Shown piece by piece: positions 47,999-57,941 of a stretch of DNA of 64,000 nucleotides. Source of the stretch: Folioceros fuciformis. Lineage: Eukaryota. The notes below the pieces were generated by a model. That model saw only the letters and a program-made list of their open reading frames with translations, was not told the origin of the DNA and did no database searches. The DNA is taken from the NCBI GenBank assembly GCA_049999805.1, contig JBNGIO010006284.1, forward strand, positions 153,434 to 217,433. Direction: 5' to 3'. A program made the position numbers and the translations under genes. Every line of letters begins with the position of its first letter. The stretch's first letter is position 1.

Positions 47999-50900
47999 AT
48001 GTTGTTGAAGGCAGTTCCTGCTACAAGTTCAGACAAAAGGAATATTCTAATTGCAAGGAGAGACCTGTGCTTGGGGATTCAGGCCTTACAAGAGGTGGAT
48101 GGCGATGGTCCTAATGTGAATGTGCAACCAGCAAGACTGAGGGAGTCAAAACTGGCCTTGGCTGCTGGCAAGGCCATTTGGTAAGCCTTATGTGCATTGT
48201 TGACTAGGAGTGTCTGCTATACATGCCAAGGTCAAGTGCTCTCTAAGAACCAAATGCTTCTGATTCTCTGCTCACAGGGCTGAGAGTTCGGGAGGTGGAT
48301 GTGCACTAAGAAAATCTTGCGACGATGGGCGGCTGGAAGGGGAATTGGATGCACTTTTGCTTATGGACCAGCGTGGCATTGTGCCTTCGGTGCAAATGTA
48401 TAAGCACCTTTTGCAGGCTTGCATAGCAAAAAAAGACCTGAACGAGGCCAGGAAGGTGCATGCTCATATAGCAAAGAATGAGTTGGAGTCCGACAGATTT
48501 TTGGGTGAGTGGATTGTCAACACTCTTGTCAGTTGTGGAAGCCTTGAAGAGGGGCTGCAGGTGTTTCAAAGGTTGTTGCACCCAACTACCTTCGCTTGGA
48601 CATCTCTTATCACTGGGTATGCAAAGGCTGGACGATGTCGAGAGGCTTTATCAGTGTATCAGTGGATGCAAGAAGAGAGTCCACGGCCTAACAAACATAT
48701 GTTGGTCTGCTTACTGAAAGCTTGTGGCAAGTTGAGAGATTTGGTTAACGGCAGGATGATTCATGCCAGCATAGTCAGAGACAGATGGGAGTTTGATGTA
48801 TTTGTGGGCACAGCTTTGCTTGACATGTATGCAAAGTGTGGGAGCCTTTTGGACGCACGGTATGTGTTTGACAAACAGCCTGAGCGGAACGTTGTATCCT
48901 GGAATGCTATGCTTGCAGCATATAGTCAACATAACAGGGGAGAGAAGGCTTTACAGCTATATGATCAGATGCAGAAGGAAGGTGTCTCTCCAGATGATAG
49001 AACATTTGTCAGTGTGCTTCAAGCATGCAGTAGCATGGCTGAAGAGGAGGAGGGAATTCTATTAGATGGACAATGCTTCAAGGTCCACTCGCTGAGAAGG
49101 GGGAAGGCAGTACACGCTGCAGCTGCCCGGAAGGGTTACGAGGGAGATGTATTTGTTGTTACCACTCTGGTTAGTATGTATGCCAAAAGTGGGAGCATCA
49201 CAGACGCCGAGCAGCTGTTCAATCGCATGTCATTCCGCAACGTGGTCTCATGGAATGCAATGCTTTCAGGATATGCGCAGCAGGACCAAGGAGAGACGGC
49301 TTTACGACTATATCTCCAGATGCAACAGAATTTCGTGATTCCGAACGATCGGACCTTTGTTAGTGTGCTACAAGCATGTGGCAGCCTTGCAGAGAAGGAG
49401 GAAGCATGGTTGATTGATGGGCAGTTTGTGAAAGTGAAAGCACTACGATGTGGGAAGGCAGCACACGCGGAGGCTGTTTCCAAGGATCATGAATCAGATC
49501 AATTCATTCGCAACGGCCTGATCAGTATGTACGCGAAGTGTGGGAGCATGGTGGATGCGCAACAGCTGTTTAATAGATTCCCCAAACGGGATGTTGTAAC
49601 ATGGACAGCCATGATTGATGGATATACCCAGCAGTCACTAGGAAAGAAGGCTTTACAGCTTTTTGATTTGATGTCTTCCGTTGGCGTTGCTCCAGACGAC
49701 AGGACCTTTATCATTGCGCTCCAAGCCTGTGGAGTCCTGGCAGAAGAAGAGGAGTACTTCCTTGTGGACGGACATTCTGTGAAGCTGGAGTCACTGCAAA
49801 GGGGGAAAACAATCCATGCAGCTGTTCTTCGTAGTGGTTACGAATCAGATGAGTTTGTTGCTAGCACTCTTGTTAGCATGTATGCAAAATGTGGGAGAGA
49901 GGTTGATGCAAAACTTGTGTTCGGAACAGTGGCCAAATGCAATGTAGTTGCCTGGTCTTCAATGCTTGCAGCATACGCTCAACGGGATCAAGGAGAGAAA
50001 GCTCTGCAACTTTATTGCCAAATGCAGGAGGCAGGCGTGCATCCAAACAAGAGGACATTCGTCAGTGTGCTCCAAGCATGTGGGAGCCTTGCTGAGAAGG
50101 AAGATTCTTCTTTTGAACAGGCAAAATACATAAAACCGGATTCGTTGATCCGAGGAAAGGCTATGCATGCTGAAGTTGTCAGGAGGGGTCTTGAATCCGA
50201 CGTATACGTGGGTAACGCTCTCATCAGTATGTATGCAAAGTGTGGAAGCATGATCGATGCCCAGCATGTGTTCGACAGACTTCCCAAGCGCAATGTGGTG
50301 TCATGGACTGCCCTGCTTTCAGGGTATGCCCAGCAGGATCAAGCAGAGAAGTCCTTGCAACAGTACGCCCAGATGCAAGCTGAAGGTTTGAAACCAACTG
50401 CGATCACATATGTGTGCATACTGCACGCCTGCAGCTCCATAGGTGCTCTGAACCACTGCATCCAGATCCACCGTGACATTCTAGAGAGTGGGTATGAGAC
50501 TCATCCACATGTAGCAACTGCCCTGGTTCATGCATATGCGAAGAGTGGCAGCATGTCAGCTGCTCGAGCGATGTTTGACTCACTCCCCCTGCACAGTCTC
50601 CGGTCATGGACTGCTCTGCTTGCCGGATATGCCCGACATGGGCAATATGAGTCCAGCCTGCAATGTTACCAAAAACTGTGTCTGCAAGGCATGGAGCCAG
50701 ATGGCGTCACATTCCTTTGTCTCCTGTCTGCCTGCAGTCATGCTGGCATGGTTTGTCAAGGCTTGGAGTACTTCAGGCTTATGACCACGCAGCATGGCCT
50801 GGCTGCTGGCATGGGGCACTACATGTGCGTCCTGGACCTTCTAGGCCGCGCAGGAGTCTTCCACAAGGCAGAGGAACTGCTTCTACAAATGCCATTCCAG

Positions 50901-51233
50901 CCTAATCTAGATTTGTGGTTGTCTCTGCTAGGGGCCTGCCAGAAACATGGTAATGTGGTGCTCGGAAGGCATGCCTTCAACCGCGCAGTCGAGTTGCAGC
51001 CCAAAGAGAGTGCAGCCTATGTGATCATGTCCAACCTCTACGCTCATGCTAGCATGTGGGACTCTGCAAAGGAGATAGATGAAATGAGGCACAGTTCGGG
51101 TGCACGGAAAACCCCTGGACATACTTGGATTGAACACGAACAAGAGGTGTACACCTTCTGGGCAGCAGACCGCAGGTATGGAGTGCTGTTGGGCTTGCTT
51201 AATGACCTCAACTGCCAGCTGAAGAACCAATGA
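47999..51233 (+). CDS. PLS-class PPR protein (PPR-6) with extra-long L motifs, PG-type box, DYW truncated; exons 47999-48180, 48278-51233
   Basis: P-L-S array with ~16-aa acidic insertions in four L motifs; ends ARKTPGHTWIEHEQEVYTF; 97-bp phase-2 intron GTAAGC...CACAG. Confidence 0.92.
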
Positions 51234-51442
51234 GACATCCAGAGACGTTTCTCTTTCAGTTCACATACCCAGATGTTGGAAGTCAAATTAGATCTCGACG
51301 GAACTCCACAAATCTCTCCCTCGCGGTGTCCAGGGTACCTATGTGCTTTCGAGCCTCCGGCTTCGCATACAGAAAGGAGAACCCTTCCTTCAGTTATGCC
51401 CTGCCATAACAAGTCTGACTGAGGGACATCCCCCGATGTCCT

Positions 51443-54400
51443 TCATGTTGGCCAAAACCTGCTCTTGCCTTGCATAGATGCTTCCGCTCTCAAGAGCTTG
51501 ACATCACCCGCCAAAAATCTGTGCACCACGCCATCTGAGTCAGTCCATGAGCTCTGGCCTGGCTCCTTCCATGCACCGATCTCTGTTCTCCTAACCTGCA
51601 TCTCCTGAGCTTGCTCCGACATCTGGGCACTGGAGTATATGTTAGACATCAAGACATGCGCTGCAGCATCTCTTTTGTCTAGTTTCACTGCTTCATCGAA
51701 AGCTTGTCGTCCCACCTCCACATCACTCCACTTCTGACATGCACCCAATAGAGTGCGCCAAACGGCAGCATCAGGAACAACTGGCATTGACCTTGCTAGA
51801 GATAGTGCCTCGTCCATTTGCCCCGCCCGACCCAGCAGAGCCACCATGGACGTATAATGTGCCGCTGTGGGAGTGATGCCATACTGTCCGCTCATGGCTT
51901 CAAAGTACTCCCGTGCCTTTTTCACTAGACCAGCATGACTGCACACTGTCAGTACATTAAGGAACGTGATGCTGGTTGGCTCGACCCCATCCTGTCTCAT
52001 TCTGTGGAATAAGTCCAAGACCACTTCACTGTCTCCTTGACGGGTGTAGCCTGCTATCAGTGAATTCCATGCAAGGGCGTCCCTTTCGGGCAATGCCTCA
52101 AATACCTGCTGGGCGTCAACCATGCTCCCAGACTTTGAATACATGTTTATTAAACTGACGGCAATCAGTCCATCACCTTGTAGCCCCTGTTCTACAATCC
52201 GTGCATGAAGTTGCCTTCCTATACGCAGACATGCCAGATCTGCACATGCCTGCAGAAGGCAGACAAAAGTCACAGAATCAGGATGAACAATTCCTTCTTG
52301 CTGCATATCAAAGTAAAGTCGCAGTGTTTCCTGCCCCATGCCCTGCAGGGAATATGCCGACATTAAGGCATTCCACGTCACAACATCTTTCTTGGGTAGC
52401 CCGTCAAACATACTCTGGGCATCCTCCAGGCTTCCACACTTTGCATACATGTGTATCAAACTGTTGGTTACAGAGGTATCAGCTTGGAGTCCTCGTTCTC
52501 TAATTTGTGAATATAGCTCTTGGCCCTTCCTCAAAGCCGGGTTGCCAACACTTGCACATGCCTGAAGGAGGGACACGTATGTTACAGAATTGGGTGCAAC
52601 CACGCCTCCTTCTTGCATATCCCTGTGCAGACGAAGGGCTTCCTGGCCCATGCCATGGTGAGAATATCCTGCAATCATAGTATTCCAACTCACCACGTCT
52701 TTCTGAGGATGGCCATCAAAAGCACTTTGAGCTTCCTCCAGGCTGCCACACTTTGAATACATGTCGATCAGGCTATTGGCTACAAACACATCAACTTGAA
52801 ACCCTCCTTCTCTAATGTGTGCATGCAGCTGCCTCCCTTCCTCCAGAGCCAAAGTGCCCATGATTGCACATGCCTGCAAGATGCACACGAATGTTGTGGA
52901 ATTGGGTACAATAGTGCCTCCGTATCGCATAGCCTCGTAAAGATATAAGGATTCCTTCAACATGCCCTGCTGCGCATATCCTGCAATCATGGTGTTCCAG
53001 GTCACAGCATCTTTCTCAGAAAGCCCATTAAATAATCTTTGAGCGTTTTCCAAGCTGCCGCACATCGCATATCCTGCGATCAGAGTAGTCCACAAAACAG
53101 TATTTTTTTCACTGAGTGCATCAAACACAACCTGAGCGTCCTCTAGGCTGCCACATTTTGCATACATGTTTACCAAGCTGCAGCCTACAACAACATCAAT
53201 CGTGAGTCCATGTTCTACAATCTGTTCATGAAGCTGTTTCCCAATCTTCAACGCTGGGGCACCCACACTTGCGCATGCATGCAATAGAGACCCAAATGTC
53301 ACGGCGTCGGGTATAGCTACCCCTTCTTCTTGCATAGCACTAAAAAGACGAAGGGCTTCCTGTCCCATGTCCAGCTGGGAATATCCTGCTATCAGAGATG
53401 TCCACGTGATAACATCTTTATCACCAATCCCGTCGAATACTCGTTGAGCTTCGTCCAAGCTGCCACACTTCGCATACATGTTCACCAAACTGTTGGATAC
53501 AAACACATTTTCTTGAAGTCCGTGCTCTCTGATTTGCTTGTGAAGCTGCTTTCCCTTTTCCAGTGCGTGTGTGCCAATACTTGCGCATGCCTGCAAGAGG
53601 CACACAAATGTCCCAGAATCAGGTGCAACAATGCTTTCTACTTCCATAGCCCTGTGTAGATCAAGGGCTACTTGTCCCATACCCTGCTGAGAGTACCCTG
53701 CTATCATGGCATTCCACGTTACCACAGTTTTCTTCCCAAGTCCATCAAACACTCGCTGAGCATCTTCGAGGCTACCACACTTAGCGTACATGTTTACCAG
53801 ACTGCCACCTAACACCACATCAACTTTAAGCCCTTGTTCTCCAACCAGAGTACTGGCCAACACATCAGCATGCACCTGCTGCCCAGTTTTCAAGTCTGCC
53901 CTCCTTGCACAAGCCTGAAGTGCGGCTACATACACGTGTCCATCAGGCTCCACCCCAGACCTGAGCATCTCCTGATACAGTAGTATGGCAGGTTTGGCTT
54001 GTCCGTGGTTCACATAGGCAGAGATCATGGAAGACCACATGAAGGCATCTGGCTTGGCAACCAGAGAAAAAACATCCTTTGCTTCTTGCAACCTGCCATA
54101 AGAGGCATACACGCGCAGGATATGGTTGCACAGGAACGTGTCCGACGTATACCCCCTCATCACGCTGAGAGCATGGACACGCCGACCTAGCCAGAGATCC
54201 CTCTTTACCACACAGGTTTTGAGGACAGCATAGAACATAGACTGAGGGACACGACATTCCGTCTGCACCAGGACTCCCAGAGCCTCAACAGCCTCAGAAA
54301 CCAGCCCCTGCTGACACAGCCGACTCAGAATTTTCTCCCCTCTCAAAGATTCTCTTAAACGGGCTGCATTTGCAACGTTGCCGTTGCCTGATGTGTGGTA

Positions 54401-54538
54401 TCTTGAAGTCAGCCACGCAGCTCTCTTCCTTTGGTCTTTGAGTTCCGACCCATTGTTCTTCGTTGGATCCAGAAGACTTGTTGCCAGGAGCTGCCCTCGC
54501 CTTCTGTGTGGATGAAATGCAACGCGGCAGACACCCAT
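51443..54538 (-). CDS. PLS-class PPR protein (PPR-7), WW-clade box, DYW truncated by frameshift
   Basis: P-L-S array; AWKEPGQSSWTDSDGVVHRF; E+ sequence continues in a shifted frame. Confidence 0.93.
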   Translation of the reverse strand: MGVCRVAFHPHRRRGQLLATSLLDPTKNNGSELKDQRKRAAWLTSRYHTSGNGNVANAARLRESLRGEKILSRLCQQGLVSEAVEALGVLVQTECRVPQSMFYAVLKTCVVKRDLWLGRRVHALSVMRGYTSDTFLCNHILRVYASYGRLQEAKDVFSLVAKPDAFMWSSMISAYVNHGQAKPAILLYQEMLRSGVEPDGHVYVAALQACARRADLKTGQQVHADVLASTLVGEQGLKVDVVLGGSLVNMYAKCGSLEDAQRVFDGLGKKTVVTWNAMIAGYSQQGMGQVALDLHRAMEVESIVAPDSGTFVCLLQACASIGTHALEKGKQLHKQIREHGLQENVFVSNSLVNMYAKCGSLDEAQRVFDGIGDKDVITWTSLIAGYSQLDMGQEALRLFSAMQEEGVAIPDAVTFGSLLHACASVGAPALKIGKQLHEQIVEHGLTIDVVVGCSLVNMYAKCGSLEDAQVVFDALSEKNTVLWTTLIAGYAMCGSLENAQRLFNGLSEKDAVTWNTMIAGYAQQGMLKESLYLYEAMRYGGTIVPNSTTFVCILQACAIMGTLALEEGRQLHAHIREGGFQVDVFVANSLIDMYSKCGSLEEAQSAFDGHPQKDVVSWNTMIAGYSHHGMGQEALRLHRDMQEGGVVAPNSVTYVSLLQACASVGNPALRKGQELYSQIRERGLQADTSVTNSLIHMYAKCGSLEDAQSMFDGLPKKDVVTWNALMSAYSLQGMGQETLRLYFDMQQEGIVHPDSVTFVCLLQACADLACLRIGRQLHARIVEQGLQGDGLIAVSLINMYSKSGSMVDAQQVFEALPERDALAWNSLIAGYTRQGDSEVVLDLFHRMRQDGVEPTSITFLNVLTVCSHAGLVKKAREYFEAMSGQYGITPTAAHYTSMVALLGRAGQMDEALSLARSMPVVPDAAVWRTLLGACQKWSDVEVGRQAFDEAVKLDKRDAAAHVLMSNIYSSAQMSEQAQEMQVRRTEIGAWKEPGQSSWTDSDGVVHRFLAGDVKLLRAEASMQGKSRFWPT

Positions 54539-55085
54539 GGTTCGCAGCCAAAGGATAGGCTGAACATTGGAGCCCAGAACCCAGCTCCAGTGCGCCAGCT
54601 GGGCTAGTTGCGTTTGAGGTAGTATCCATGTCCAGTAGCGCTAGGAAAGGGTCCCTGATTCCGCAATCTGAAACCCGAATTCTTCAGACACTCCGCAACG
54701 ACAATGTCTCCAGCCGGAATTCCCATACATCAATGTCACCCATCTATATCCTCAGGAAAACGTTAGTCATGAGTTCCGATTTCCTTCTCCAAGAACCAAT
54801 AGAGGTTTCAGTAGGGAGTCATATCGGCCTTCGATCAGGAAAGCCAATCTCAACAGTGATACGCCGCCCAAGGAGAACAGGAGTTCATAAATGAGGGACG
54901 CCATGCAGTTCGAACCCATCTTTCATGTTCCATGGAAGTCTTCAAGCGTGAGCCTTCCGACGACAGAATTTTAGATTGTAGTACGATGCATGGTTGGTAC
55001 ATGAGCGGTTCCATGAGTCCTTTAGCTAAACTGTTTGTACAAGCTGGCTTGTGGTGGTTGGCATGAGGATGTTTAAGATTTGCAG

Positions 55086-57539
55086 ATGGGTGCTGCTCCT
55101 CCTACATACAACCACGGGAGGTTACCGGATGAGGCTCCCCGGTCACCAGCTGCTCACCTTGTCAGAGCTGCAGGTGCAGGATACAGAACGGGAGCTCTGA
55201 CAGCGGAAACCGTGACAAAATTGTGTCAGCAGGGGCAGGTTGCCGAGGCTGTCGAGGCTCTGGGAGTCCTGGTACAAATAGAGTGTTGTTCTTCCTCATC
55301 TATCTTTTATACAGTGCTGAAAGCTTGTGTGGTTGAAGGGGATGTGGTGCTGGGTCGTCGTATCCACTCTCTCAGCGTTAAGCAGGGGTATGAGTCGGAC
55401 ACGTTCCTGAGCAACCACATCCTGCGAATGTATGCCTCTCTTGGCAGGTTGGGAGAGGCAAAAGATGTGTTTTTCATGTTTGACAAACCGGATGCGTTCA
55501 TGTGGTCTTCTATTATTCTTGCCTATGTTAAGCAGGGACAAACTAAAAAAGCCTTACAACTGTATCATCGGATGCAGAGGTCAAGTGTGCAGCCAGATCC
55601 TCATGTGTTTGTAGCCGCTCTTCAGGCTTGTGCGAAAGGAGCAGACTTGAAAACTGGGCAGGAGGTTCATGCCGATCTGTTGGCCAGCGGGCTTGGGCCT
55701 CATTTGTTCGTGTGGAACTGTTTGGTGGACATGTATGCAAAGTGTGGCAACGTGGACGAAGCTCGAAAAGTGTTTGACCAACTTTGTGAAAAAGATGTGG
55801 TGACATGGAATGCCATGATATCAGGGTACTCGCAGCAGGGTATGGGGGAGGAAGCTCTTCGCCTCTACAGTGCTATGCAGGAGGATGGCACGGCCGAACC
55901 TGATTCTGTGACGTATATTAGCCTCCTGCAGGCATGTGCAGGAATGGGCACACTGGCTTTGGAGGAAGGGAAGGACCTTCATGCACAAATAAGAGAACGA
56001 GGACATCATGCTGACTTGTTCGTAGCCAACAGTTTGGTTAACATGTATGCAAAATGTGGGAGCTTGGAAGATGCTCAAATAGTGTTTGACGGGCTTCATC
56101 AGAAGGATGTAGTAACATGGACAGCTCTCATAGTAGGATACTCCCAGAAAGGCATGGGCGTTGAAGCCCTTCAACTTCACAGTGCTATGCAAGAAGAGGG
56201 CGTTGCTGTGCCCAATGCTGTGACATTTTCGTCTCTGCTGCAGGCATGTGCAATCGTTGGTGCCTCTGCTTTGGAGAAGGGGAAACAGCTCCATGCAGAG
56301 ATCAGAGAGCGAGGGTTCAAGGTTGATGTTGTTGTAGGTAGCAGCCTGGTGAACATGTACGCGAAGTGCGGCAGTCTAGAGGATGCTAAGGGTGTCTTCG
56401 ATGGACTTGGTCACAAAAATGTGGTCACGTGGACTGGTCTGATAGCAGGATATGCAAACAGTGGCAGCTTGAAAGACGCTCAAAGACTGTTTGACGAGTT
56501 GCCTCAGAAAGATGTGGTGACATGGAATGCCATGATCGCAGGATATTGCCAGCAGGGACTTGGTCAAAACGCCCTTCAGCTTTACAGGGCTATGCAAGAA
56601 GAAGGAACTGTTGCACCAAATGCTGTGACATTTGTATGCCTCCTGCAGGCATGTGCAAATGTGGCAGCTTTGCATCTGGGACGCGACCTCCATGCACAGA
56701 TTGAAGAACAAGGACTTGAAGCCGATGTCCTTGTGGCCGTCAGTTTGATAAACATGTATGCAAAGTCAGGGAGCATGGTTGATGCTCAGCAAGTGTTTGA
56801 GGCGATGCCCACAAGAAACTGTGTCTCCTGGAATGCACTGATTGCAGGTTACTCCCGTCAAGGAGACAGTGACGCGGTTTTCAACTTGTTGCTCAGGATG
56901 AGGGCGGAAGGCGTCCAACCAGACAGCGTCACATTCCTCAGCATTCTAACAGTATGCAGTCATGCGGGTCTACTGAGTAAGGGCCAAGAGTACTTTGAGG
57001 TCATGATCAGCCAACATGGCATCTCTCCCACACCTGAGCACTACACATGCATTGTTGATCTCCTGGGTCGTGCAGGCCAACTGGAGGAGGCACTAGCGTT
57101 GGTGAAGGCAATGCCTGTACTGCCTGATGCCGCAGTTTGGCACACGCTATTGGCCGCTTGCCGAAAGTGGAGGAACGTGGACGTAGGACATCATGTTTTC
57201 CAAGAAGCTGTGAAACTGGACGAAAAAGATGCTGCAGCCTACATCCTAATGTCGGCCATATACACCACTGCCCAGATGTGGGAGCAGGCACAGGAAATTC
57301 AAGCAATGAGGAGAGAAATCAAGGCTTGGAAGCAGCCAGGCGAAAGCTGCTGGACAGACATGAACGGATGGGTGCATGCTTTTGTCGTTGGGGATGAAAA
57401 CCATCCCGAGAGTGAAGGCATACATGCAATGCTGAAACAGCTCTTCCCAGAAATGAAGGAACAAGGCTATGTGCCACATCTCCAGGAATTCCACCCGGAT
57501 ATATGTGCACCATGTCCAGAAGTGTTCTTGACCTTATGA
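55086..57539 (+). CDS. PLS-class PPR protein (PPR-8), WW-clade E+, DYW truncated
   Basis: P-L-S array; AWKQPGESCWTDMNGWVHAFVVGDENHPESEGIHAMLKQLFPEMKEQGYVP then stop before HxE. Confidence 0.94.
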   Translation: MGAAPPTYNHGRLPDEAPRSPAAHLVRAAGAGYRTGALTAETVTKLCQQGQVAEAVEALGVLVQIECCSSSSIFYTVLKACVVEGDVVLGRRIHSLSVKQGYESDTFLSNHILRMYASLGRLGEAKDVFFMFDKPDAFMWSSIILAYVKQGQTKKALQLYHRMQRSSVQPDPHVFVAALQACAKGADLKTGQEVHADLLASGLGPHLFVWNCLVDMYAKCGNVDEARKVFDQLCEKDVVTWNAMISGYSQQGMGEEALRLYSAMQEDGTAEPDSVTYISLLQACAGMGTLALEEGKDLHAQIRERGHHADLFVANSLVNMYAKCGSLEDAQIVFDGLHQKDVVTWTALIVGYSQKGMGVEALQLHSAMQEEGVAVPNAVTFSSLLQACAIVGASALEKGKQLHAEIRERGFKVDVVVGSSLVNMYAKCGSLEDAKGVFDGLGHKNVVTWTGLIAGYANSGSLKDAQRLFDELPQKDVVTWNAMIAGYCQQGLGQNALQLYRAMQEEGTVAPNAVTFVCLLQACANVAALHLGRDLHAQIEEQGLEADVLVAVSLINMYAKSGSMVDAQQVFEAMPTRNCVSWNALIAGYSRQGDSDAVFNLLLRMRAEGVQPDSVTFLSILTVCSHAGLLSKGQEYFEVMISQHGISPTPEHYTCIVDLLGRAGQLEEALALVKAMPVLPDAAVWHTLLAACRKWRNVDVGHHVFQEAVKLDEKDAAAYILMSAIYTTAQMWEQAQEIQAMRREIKAWKQPGESCWTDMNGWVHAFVVGDENHPESEGIHAMLKQLFPEMKEQGYVPHLQEFHPDICAPCPEVFLTL

Positions 57540-57941
57540 AATCAGAAGAAACGTTAACGATGAAGGCTTAGGCACAATTTTCCCAGATGAGAGAAAAGAT
57601 GGGAAAGATGAAATCTCGGACAGCTAGGAGGTAACATCACCGTTCCCTCATCCATTGCACAGCACGACTAGGAACTTCGCACCACAGCAGTGCGCAGCAC
57701 AGTTTCCGTTCACCACACGGTCGTTCCCGGTACGGCAAAACATTTCGATTCTCCTGGAAACCATGTTAAGTGAACACCGCGAAATGCTGTTAAACGATAA
57801 ACTGGGTTGCCATACGTACCTCCGGTACTTCCAAACGGGAGGACACTGCGTCGTGGGTTGGGCTGTCACACCCAGAGCTCAGCGACACCCAAGCTTAAAG
57901 TCCTTCCACACAGTGTTGAGCCGTCGGTGGGTCTCCGAAAG

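Noticed and set aside
22145-57513. Many short antisense and alternate-frame ORFs with recurring motifs (e.g. LPHFAYMFTRL)
   Set aside because: Shadows of the repetitive PPR coding strand
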